Assembly: GCA_963702025.1 (NCBI GenBank)
Contig: OY969699.1
Span: 832,001-896,000, forward strand
Source of the DNA: an uncultured bacterium
GTDB taxonomy: Bacteria; Babelota; Babeliae; Babelales; Vermiphilaceae
DNA: 64,000 nucleotides
Direction: 5' to 3'
In this document: positions 56,520-64,000 of the stretch, piece after piece
How positions within the stretch are numbered: position 1 is the first letter of the stretch
Layout: every line of letters begins with the position of its first letter
Position numbers and translations under genes: made by a program
The notes under the pieces: model-generated
Told to the model about the DNA's origin: nothing
The model's database searches: none
Seen by the model: only the letters and a program-made list of their open reading frames with translations

Positions 56520-56917
56520 TACAAGTATTGGGTCATCTTGATCAACGAACGCTAACTAAAGTATACCAATCGGTATGCTTAGCCCTTCAAAGCAAAAGCG
56601 CACAAGATTCTCTTGCTTTGCAAAAAGTGGGGCAAGAACTAACATTAATGCAAAATGAGAATCACTATGAAAGAACATATGACCAAAACGAAAGACACTA
56701 TAAGGAAACAACTGCCGTACAAGAAAAGAATCGCGCGGAAGATGTAGTAAGAACGGAACGGCATCAAAAAGAATCGCTTGCTCAGCAGGATAAGTGGGAA
56801 AAGATAAAATTAGGGGTTAATGTTGTGACTACTATTGCTACTTCTTTTTCGCCGTTAGGAGCTATTAATAAAGCTTTGGATATGGCAAATAGACTTGCTA
56901 ATTATTTTTTTAAATAA
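56516..56917 (+). CDS. hypothetical protein; probably the frameshifted C-terminus of the AAA ATPase
   Basis: TTG start with no RBS; frame open from ~56455; E(N/R)H(Y/Q) repeats and a hydrophobic C-terminal helix. Confidence 0.55.
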   Translation: MIQVLGHLDQRTLTKVYQSVCLALQSKSAQDSLALQKVGQELTLMQNENHYERTYDQNERHYKETTAVQEKNRAEDVVRTERHQKESLAQQDKWEKIKLGVNVVTTIATSFSPLGAINKALDMANRLANYFFK

Positions 56918-56927
56918 AAAGGAAAAT

Positions 56928-59900
56928 ATGGCTCTTCATAGGTTTCTCACAGTATTAATTTTCTTTCTCACAACAACAAATGGAATGGAGAAAGTTAATA
57001 CCTTTAAGCAAGCGGCTTTTTTTCAAGCGATAATTAATAAAGAGATTGCAAAAATTGTCTATAGCGGCGACTACTCATTTAAAAATGCGAATAGCAATCT
57101 CCTTGTAACAGGATTGCAGTGCATACAAAATTCACTTAATATGCCTAAAGAATTAACCGCAAACAGAACAAGTTGTATTGTAATTGATAATTGCTCAAAA
57201 TCGGCTACAAATACTTTTTCGCTTTCGGGATATTCTGACCCGCAGAAGCTTACCTCATCATCGAATCATGGAGTTGGGACACCTATCTTTGGCCGAATGA
57301 GCTGGTTGCCGCCATCATTAGCTGCTTATAAGAGCAAGGGTTTTTTATATCCTGAAAAAATAATGGAAATTCGCTCAAAGATGATCGGTTATGAAATTAA
57401 TCATGCTATAAATGCCCTTCGTAGATTTGAAAGTAATTGCAAAAACATAAAGTCATCTGTTGATTTTATAAATGCAATAAGGGAGCTCAAAGATTTAAGT
57501 AAGTTGACCATTTCCGTTCCATGGTTTAATAATTTCCTTAAAGAAACAGTTAATAAATTGCAAAAAGAAACAAGCACTGCTAATGGATTTCTTAAACCTA
57601 TTACAACCAACGCAAAAAAAGTAGCAGATATTATTGATAATTTCCAACAAAGAACAATTAAGTGGTGCCATGATTATAACGATAGTTTGTGGGATATGGG
57701 CTGCAAAGCTATCGATTGGATTGATGGGGACCATGGTATTATCTCGCAATGTTATTGTGATGTGCAAAAATTTTGGGATCTGTATGGCGAGCAGCTAAAA
57801 AATAAACCTGCACATGACATTGTCTATGCAGGTCCATGGGGCTGGGAATTCACTGAAATTGCACCTTCCCCTTACGATGCCCAATTTCAACAAAAAATTG
57901 CTGAGAACCCTCAAAGCAAAGCTTTTTTGACTTTAGCTAAACTTGCATCAGAAAAAGATTGGCAAAAGATAGAAAGCTTTGCTCTTGAAACAAAAAATAG
58001 CCCGGGCTACTCAAAAGAATTTCAAAAATTTTATTCTGAAATTTTTAATCACAATTTTAACGATCAACGTCTTAATAAAAATCTTATCCGTGAAAATGAT
58101 CCGTTTTGTCAGCAAAGTTTAAAAGAATTGCCTCGATTAAAGCCAAATGATATAATGCCAACTGCTCATCCGGTTAACCAAAAGTTGGCTGAGCGTGTTG
58201 AAATATATGACACCCTAATGCAAAAATTGGGCATCGAAAGTCCGAGCAAAGAGATACAAACTGTGCTTTATAATTTAGTTGATGTCCTGCAAAAAAATGA
58301 TCCGCAAGAATTTGTAAATATCTTAATCTCTCAACTCAGCTGTGATCATGCCGATCCAGCGATAAGAAATCTTTATAATAAAATTCATACTGACGGCTTG
58401 TGTAACCTGCTTACCTATAATAATCCGGCAACTACTATAAGAATGAGTGAGCAAATTGGATTAAAACGGTATGAAAAGGAACGAACACTCCTTTTTAATC
58501 TGGCAACATGCTCCATTGATTCTCCTGCTAAAGAAACTCATGTAACAACGGCACTTAATTATTTGAAACAGGGTATTGGTAATGATCCTCTAGCAAAAGA
58601 ATATCTCACGCTGGCTCATGCTACCGGCAATGCGCTTTTATCTCCCGAAGGTAACCAAGCGGTCTTGAATTTGGCCGATTATAGCCAAGTGCCGACCAAT
58701 GATCAACAAAGAATAATTCATACAGCAGCAACCAAAATAATTGCCGATAACCTTGAGGTTATATCCGAAAATGATAATTCGGAATTGTGCGCGAACTCAA
58801 CCAACTTTAAAGCACTCGAAAAAATAGATGCGGCATATAAAGCAATGTTGGAAGGCAATCTTCTTGCTCAAGATTATCTGGATCAAGTATTGCTCTATGG
58901 GTCTGCCAACGAAACTAGCTTAAACATTGATTTTGGTGGACCGAGCCAAAGTTGCATACAAATTGATGCTGAACTAAAAAAATTAGCCCGTGAGGCAATC
59001 TATAGCAACACCGTTTCAAAAGAGTTTCAACAACTTTTCACTAAAGATTTTTTCAATAATTTCACTGACCAGGGATTTGATAAGTATTTAGTTCGAGAAA
59101 ATGATCCTTTTTATCAAAAGCTTAAGAATGAATTACCGTCGCAAAGGCTTGAAAATATACCGACAGCTTGTGCATATAACCAACAACTTGTCCAACGAAA
59201 TAGCATTTATGACAATATAGTCAAAAAGTTTGCAATCGAAAATCTAAGCAAAGAAGTACAAGCTGTACTTTATACATGGGTTGATAAAATCCAAAATAAC
59301 AATTGTCATGATCTAGGAAAACTAATAGTTTCTCAACTCAGCAGCGATCATGCCGAGCTGGCAATCAGGGATCTTTATAATAAAGTTCATACTGACGGGT
59401 TGTGCAATTTGTTTACCTACAATAACCCGGGAACAACGATAAAAATCGGTGAACAAATCGGATTGCAAAAACATGAAAAAGAACGAGCATTACTTTACAA
59501 CCTTGCAACATGCACCATTGCTTCTCCTGCCAAAGAGGCACTCGTAACAACCGCTCTTAACTATTTGAAACAAGGTATTAGTAATGATCCCTTGGCAAAA
59601 GAATATCTTACGTTGGCTCATGCGACCGGCAATGCGCTTTTATCACCGGGTGCCAATCGAGCAGTATTGAATTTAGCTGACTATAGCAAGGCGCCAATCG
59701 ACCCGCAACAAAAAGCGATCCATGCAGAGGTAACCAAAATAATTGCCGACAATCTTGAGGCTATTTTAGCAGGTAAAAGCTCGCCTTCTTCCAAATTAAC
59801 CGGCATACAGGCGATTCGAAAAGTTGATGCTGCTTACAAAGCAATGCGGCAAGGAAATCCTCAGGCGCAAGATTATCTTGAGCGGGCCTTATTGGTAAAC

Positions 59901-61322
59901 GGTGTTAATCAAAATGTGCTTAGTGTCGATTTTGATAAGCAAGCCGAACTCTTCAAAGAAATGGGAGTAGATAGAGTTGTTAATGAAATTGCTCGGATGA
60001 AAACGACCAATGAAAATCTGCAACAGTATGGCATTAAAATATGTAAAGAAATTGAAATTGACTATAAAATAACCCAGTTCATGGTAGAAAATAATTTGAC
60101 ATTAGAAAGATACACTCAATTCTATGGCAATGAATTACAGCATAAGATTCATGACGGCACGATTAAAATTATTTACGCAACATATGATTTGGTAAAAAAC
60201 CGGTCAATCGAAAGATTAGACAAATTCATGCTGGACAACATCAAAGACACCGTTTTACAAACCAATGATCTTGCGCTAAGTCATAATGTTGTGGGTGATG
60301 TTCAACAAGCGGCGGTGCTTTCTAATTTCTGTTGGCAAATTATCGATTTTGCCGAACGGGCAGTGAATTTGTCCGGGGAAATTGGTTTGGCTGCCGGCCG
60401 AGGCATCATCTCGGGGGTGCAAGAAAAAGCGATAGATCTTTATCACATTGCATCCGATCCGGTTGGCGCTGCTAAAGGATTGGTGACCTCTTTAGGGAAT
60501 CTCTGCGTTGTGGGGCAACAGTTGGTTGAGCAAAATAGAAAAATGCATGAGCTGCTTTTAGCAAGCCCAATGAAAACGCCATTCCCGGCTCTTATAGAAA
60601 TGAACAAGCAGAGCAGTGAACTCTTTAACTCGGTAATTGATTTTGCCAAACGGGAGGGAATAACCGGCATTGTTGAAAAAAGTGCCCACCTAGGCACAAC
60701 CACGGCGCTTGACACGGTACTCATCAGCAAAGGAGCTACGGTTCTTAATAAGGTTGCAAAAGTTGCCAGTAGCTCCAAAATGGGCGAATTCTTACAAAAA
60801 ATAACAAATGCGGCTAACGCAACAGAAATTGAAGCGGTTACGGCTGAAGGAATTAGCGCAAAAGTTGCTCAAAATGCTGAAAATTCTTTACTTAGTGAAG
60901 CAAGAGATGCTTCGGTAGCCTCGGTGCGCAGGGAACAAATATTACCAAAGTTTGATACTTATGAGCAAGCTAGAAATAAGGCTTTGGAAATAATAGGAGA
61001 TGTTAATCCCCATTCTGCAATGCCAATAATTGGAAAACAAGGTGTATGCAAGGGTAAAATTGTTGGCCAGCAGTGGTGTAACGGTAAAGTTACTTTAAGA
61101 ATAGATCATGATCTGCTTAAGGGGCCTCATATTAATATAACAGATTTTCGTGTGGCAAAAGGTTTAGATGGAATCGCAATAGCTATCCCCTTTAATGGAG
61201 ATGCTCAAACTATAAATTCATTACTAAAACACTTGAATACGCCGGCAAGCCTTTCGGCTGCAAAAGCAATTCTTCAAAAAAATGGGAAACTGGATTATTT
61301 CAATAAACTAATAGGAAACTAA
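56928..61322 (+). CDS. large secreted polymorphic-toxin-like protein with C-terminal nuclease-like domain
   Basis: AAGGA RBS; signal peptide followed by MEK; two ~335-aa repeats; A/G-rich pre-toxin helices; C-terminal YEQARNKAL...GKIVG...RIDHD..KGPHIN; followed by an immunity-like gene. Confidence 0.78.
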   Translation: MALHRFLTVLIFFLTTTNGMEKVNTFKQAAFFQAIINKEIAKIVYSGDYSFKNANSNLLVTGLQCIQNSLNMPKELTANRTSCIVIDNCSKSATNTFSLSGYSDPQKLTSSSNHGVGTPIFGRMSWLPPSLAAYKSKGFLYPEKIMEIRSKMIGYEINHAINALRRFESNCKNIKSSVDFINAIRELKDLSKLTISVPWFNNFLKETVNKLQKETSTANGFLKPITTNAKKVADIIDNFQQRTIKWCHDYNDSLWDMGCKAIDWIDGDHGIISQCYCDVQKFWDLYGEQLKNKPAHDIVYAGPWGWEFTEIAPSPYDAQFQQKIAENPQSKAFLTLAKLASEKDWQKIESFALETKNSPGYSKEFQKFYSEIFNHNFNDQRLNKNLIRENDPFCQQSLKELPRLKPNDIMPTAHPVNQKLAERVEIYDTLMQKLGIESPSKEIQTVLYNLVDVLQKNDPQEFVNILISQLSCDHADPAIRNLYNKIHTDGLCNLLTYNNPATTIRMSEQIGLKRYEKERTLLFNLATCSIDSPAKETHVTTALNYLKQGIGNDPLAKEYLTLAHATGNALLSPEGNQAVLNLADYSQVPTNDQQRIIHTAATKIIADNLEVISENDNSELCANSTNFKALEKIDAAYKAMLEGNLLAQDYLDQVLLYGSANETSLNIDFGGPSQSCIQIDAELKKLAREAIYSNTVSKEFQQLFTKDFFNNFTDQGFDKYLVRENDPFYQKLKNELPSQRLENIPTACAYNQQLVQRNSIYDNIVKKFAIENLSKEVQAVLYTWVDKIQNNNCHDLGKLIVSQLSSDHAELAIRDLYNKVHTDGLCNLFTYNNPGTTIKIGEQIGLQKHEKERALLYNLATCTIASPAKEALVTTALNYLKQGISNDPLAKEYLTLAHATGNALLSPGANRAVLNLADYSKAPIDPQQKAIHAEVTKIIADNLEAILAGKSSPSSKLTGIQAIRKVDAAYKAMRQGNPQAQDYLERALLVNGVNQNVLSVDFDKQAELFKEMGVDRVVNEIARMKTTNENLQQYGIKICKEIEIDYKITQFMVENNLTLERYTQFYGNELQHKIHDGTIKIIYATYDLVKNRSIERLDKFMLDNIKDTVLQTNDLALSHNVVGDVQQAAVLSNFCWQIIDFAERAVNLSGEIGLAAGRGIISGVQEKAIDLYHIASDPVGAAKGLVTSLGNLCVVGQQLVEQNRKMHELLLASPMKTPFPALIEMNKQSSELFNSVIDFAKREGITGIVEKSAHLGTTTALDTVLISKGATVLNKVAKVASSSKMGEFLQKITNAANATEIEAVTAEGISAKVAQNAENSLLSEARDASVASVRREQILPKFDTYEQARNKALEIIGDVNPHSAMPIIGKQGVCKGKIVGQQWCNGKVTLRIDHDLLKGPHINITDFRVAKGLDGIAIAIPFNGDAQTINSLLKHLNTPASLSAAKAILQKNGKLDYFNKLIGN
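58011..59933 (+). repeat. two intragenic repeats, period 1005 bp (335 aa)
   Basis: SKEFQ starts at 58011 and 59016; TTALNYLKQGI.NDPLAKEYLTLAHATGNALLSP present in both. Confidence 0.92.
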
Positions 61323-61329
61323 GGACCAT

Positions 61330-61749
61330 ATGGAAAAAACATTGTTTGATGAGTGTGTAGAACAACTTAAGCAAAATGTTCTAATTTTAAATCCAGAAGA
61401 TTCAAACAAAATATCGCAATTATTTGAAAATACTTACCCGCTTACCGAATGGGGGAAAATTGATTGGGATAGAATAAATAAAAAAAGTTTTATAGGTCAT
61501 GATCGCACCCGCATTTTACCAGCATTAGAAAAACTTTTGGGAAGAAATGAATTTGATAAATCTGTCTATATAGAATGGAGTGAAGCAGGTATACCTGTTA
61601 TTAAGACTGATTTAGATTTAGTAGTAAAATTTTTTGATGATATAACGTGTGTAGCTTTTGAAAAATTTATTTTTAATCCTCCACTTAGATATATAATAGA
61701 GGTTCGCCATCTTGGCGATATAAATGTTGGGGTGCTTAATGAAAAATAA
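61330..61749 (+). CDS. putative cognate immunity protein (CdiI-like)
   Basis: 139 aa, acidic/aromatic, 7 nt after the toxin stop, no signal peptide; TLFDEC, GKIDW, IPVIK, FDDIT recall CDI-type immunity proteins. Confidence 0.72.
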   Translation: MEKTLFDECVEQLKQNVLILNPEDSNKISQLFENTYPLTEWGKIDWDRINKKSFIGHDRTRILPALEKLLGRNEFDKSVYIEWSEAGIPVIKTDLDLVVKFFDDITCVAFEKFIFNPPLRYIIEVRHLGDINVGVLNEK

Positions 61750-61826
61750 TGAATTTAAAGCCGTTATGAAAATAAAAATCCTTATAAATAATCCATAGAA
61801 AGTTTGTCAAAAACAGAAGGAATCTT

Positions 61827-62375
61827 ATGCGCAAATTATTGTTTACACTTTCACTTATCAGCCTCAACACCTTTGCGCATGATCTTATTGAAAAGGCGAT
61901 TTTAGAAAGTAACCTTGAGGCTTTCACCGCTGAAATTGAAAACAGAAAAAGAATGCAGAGACCCTTAACGCCAAATGAACAGTTAAAATATTTGGATCTA
62001 AGTAAAGAGGTTGTTATACGGCGGAGAGATCAGCTGGAACTGCCGCTAGAAAATACCGCTATGAAATCTGACGATCAAGAGATTTCACCTTTAGCATATC
62101 TGCAAGGTTTTTTTGGTACCATCGGGCTACTGGGTATCCCTTTCGCGGTGTTTATAGAATTGTTTGCGCCAAACAGTACTTATTCTTCCCAAAAAAAAGC
62201 TGCGTTACTTGCCGGCGCGGCAATAGCTGAAATCCCTTTTTTATGGATGGTGGCAAATTATGGCAAAGAAGTAGAAGAAAAGAAAAAGATCCGTGAAGCA
62301 AAATATGACAATGCGCTCAAAATACGGCAGATATTGTATGATAATCTCACTATTTCTGCAGAAATAATTAGATAA
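61827..62375 (+). CDS. hypothetical protein (signal peptide, 2 TM)
   Basis: AAGGA RBS; NTFA cleavage-like motif; two hydrophobic segments. Confidence 0.65.
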   Translation: MRKLLFTLSLISLNTFAHDLIEKAILESNLEAFTAEIENRKRMQRPLTPNEQLKYLDLSKEVVIRRRDQLELPLENTAMKSDDQEISPLAYLQGFFGTIGLLGIPFAVFIELFAPNSTYSSQKKAALLAGAAIAEIPFLWMVANYGKEVEEKKKIREAKYDNALKIRQILYDNLTISAEIIR

Positions 62376-62390
62376 GCTGAGGTAATACAC

Positions 62391-62642
62391 ATGATAATAA
62401 TATGGGGCTCCCGATCAATCCGAAAAGATGAAATGAGTGCACATTTTGATTGTATGGCGTGCAATCAGCCACAAGAAATGAAAATAGTTTCTTTTCGCAG
62501 TTGGTTCACTTTTTTCTTTATACCTGTTTTTCCCACCTCGAAGAAAAAGTTTTACCTCGAATGCATCAACTGTGAAAATACCTATAAAATTAAAGATGAT
62601 ATAAAAATTGAAGAACTTTTAGAAAAAGAAAATGCTCGCTAA
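62391..62642 (+). CDS. zinc-ribbon domain protein
   Basis: IIWG, CMAC, WFTFFFIPVFP, CINC. Confidence 0.8.
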   Translation: MIIIWGSRSIRKDEMSAHFDCMACNQPQEMKIVSFRSWFTFFFIPVFPTSKKKFYLECINCENTYKIKDDIKIEELLEKENAR

Positions 62643-62648
62643 TAGCTG

Positions 62649-62710
62649 CTCCATCCGTGCGGAGTTTATCCCGAGCTTTCTGTCGAAGGGCGCACTATAG
62701 AGGCGAACGG
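62649..62710. repeat. REP-like element between convergent genes
   Basis: gcggagtttatcccgagc..gtcgaaggg as at 6500; ends gcgaacgg. Confidence 0.7.
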
Positions 62711-62720
62711 AAAAAATTTT

Positions 62721-64000
62721 TTACATATCCAAGTTGTATTCTTTGCAACGCCTATTTACTGAGGAGCGGTTAACACCCAAAAAAGTGGCTATTTTGTTCT
62801 GATTTTTAAATTTGTTCCAAAGCAGAACCATTATTTTTGGGTCACGTAACGCATGTTTGCCCAAGCGGCTGGCTTGCAGCAGTTCAGGGTCAGTAATTTC
62901 ATAGGCAGGATTAAAATGGATTTCTTGTTCAATATTATTCTTTTTCGATTTTTGTGCCAGTAATTGTTGAATGCGGACTTTGAGTTCTTGGAGGCTCAGT
63001 GGGCGATTCTCCATGAGCTTTTCGCATTCTTTTGGTGTTAAACCAAGCAAATTTTTAAAATCATTGGTGCCAATTGCTTGTTCTGAATATCCTTGTGCCA
63101 ATTCGCTCAATTCTGTGTCGGGCAATTGTGCCAGTGATGGCATACAAACGGCGCATTTTTTGAGTTCATTAAATAAGGAAGGAGAGAAGGCGCCTTGTTC
63201 AACGAGCTTTTCTAAGCTGCAATCGGTTGAACAAATAATGCGCACATTGGCGGATATCTTGTGTTCGCTTTTATAAACGCGATAATAACCGAATTTAATA
63301 AATTCAGCCAAATATTCCTGCAAATCAAGAGCAAGGTTCTCAATGTTTTGAATAAAAAGTGTGCCGGTGCCATCAAGTTTTTCAAGAACAGGTTTTTGCT
63401 GAGTCGGTGTGCCAAAAATAGGATTTATGCCTAAGAGTTTAGTTGCTAGCTCCAGAGTATTAGCAGATTCGGTGAGATTGAGTGTTAAGAGTGTTTCTCG
63501 CATGCTGATATGATGCAAAAGTTCCACCATGGGCATCAAATCTTGCTCGGGTAGCTCCAACAGTGTTGCCTTTTTGCTGAGTGCCGTTTGCAAAAGGCTA
63601 ATTTTGAAATGGAGCAATGTTTGCCCATTGCCCGGAATGAGCTGATTAATAAGCTGTCCCGGTTTGGTAGTTTCTAAATAGAGTACGTAATCCCAGGTTG
63701 AGGGATCTTTAAGGACTGAAATTTGTTTGGTAATAATATCGCCAATATCCGGATGACTCACTGTTATTATGACATTATTTTGTTCAAGATTCAGCACGCC
63801 CGTGATGCAATATCTATTGCCGATAGTATCTTTGGCAAGCAGCGATTGAGGCGATTTATATTCTTGCACTTGCCGTGCAACCTGACGAATTGTTTTGGCA
63901 ATCGGATGACCATGTTCGGTGTTGAGATTAAACTGAATCATCTCTTTGGCCGCATGGTTTGCACAAATAAAGCGTCTGTTTTTATAAAAAATTATGCCAA
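62721..64000 (-). CDS. degenerate sigma54-activator-like AAA domain with Fis-type HTH (5' end outside window)
   Basis: GTLFIQNI..L...LQ, NVRIICST, GAFS..LF; HTH NQNKIATFLGVNRSSVNRR; the frame stays open to the window edge (GIIFYKNRRFICANHAAKEM, PAS-like). Confidence 0.75.
   Translation of the reverse strand, partial: GIIFYKNRRFICANHAAKEMIQFNLNTEHGHPIAKTIRQVARQVQEYKSPQSLLAKDTIGNRYCITGVLNLEQNNVIITVSHPDIGDIITKQISVLKDPSTWDYVLYLETTKPGQLINQLIPGNGQTLLHFKISLLQTALSKKATLLELPEQDLMPMVELLHHISMRETLLTLNLTESANTLELATKLLGINPIFGTPTQQKPVLEKLDGTGTLFIQNIENLALDLQEYLAEFIKFGYYRVYKSEHKISANVRIICSTDCSLEKLVEQGAFSPSLFNELKKCAVCMPSLAQLPDTELSELAQGYSEQAIGTNDFKNLLGLTPKECEKLMENRPLSLQELKVRIQQLLAQKSKKNNIEQEIHFNPAYEITDPELLQASRLGKHALRDPKIMVLLWNKFKNQNKIATFLGVNRSSVNRRCKEYNLDM

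Noticed and set aside
6500..62710. CRISPR array
   Set aside because: The repeats are dispersed palindromes without regular repeat-spacer periodicity, and there are no cas genes.

Overview
This is an AT-rich bacterial chromosome window. The gene style (many signal-peptide proteins with ankyrin and other eukaryote-like domains among housekeeping genes) suggests a host-associated bacterium, probably Candidatus Dependentiae/Babeliae (TM6); that assignment is inference. The core genes are sufB (partial)/sufC, a split PilB, HU, tRNA-Leu and tRNA-Cys, lepB, metG, potABCD, gltX, rpsU-rbfA-pilD, a type IV pilin, a FolC-like protein, atpI-atpB-atpE, PBP2, xerC and ridA. Accessory DNA includes two complete IS elements with terminal inverted repeats (TIRs) and target-site duplications (TSDs), an MNT-HEPN pair, a hicAB pair with frameshifted hicA, umuDC, and many REP/MITE-like palindromes. 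No CRISPR array, rRNA or prophage was seen. Six features stand out. (1) An operon-like locus encodes a signal-peptide AAA ATPase, a 1464-aa Sec-type polymorphic toxin with unfamiliar internal repeats, and an immunity protein. (2) Twelve predicted exported proteins of different folds share Met-Glu right after the signal peptide. (3) A recombining array of SOCS-box and BTB/Skp1-like candidate effectors is present, plus a RING-H2 protein and a secreted HDAC11-like enzyme. (4) UmuD lacks its cleavage site and both catalytic residues. (5) The ATP synthase c subunit has four fused hairpins. (6) TA-flanked MITEs have ends that coincide with stop codons of flanking genes. All family calls come from recognising motifs by eye; no searches were run.
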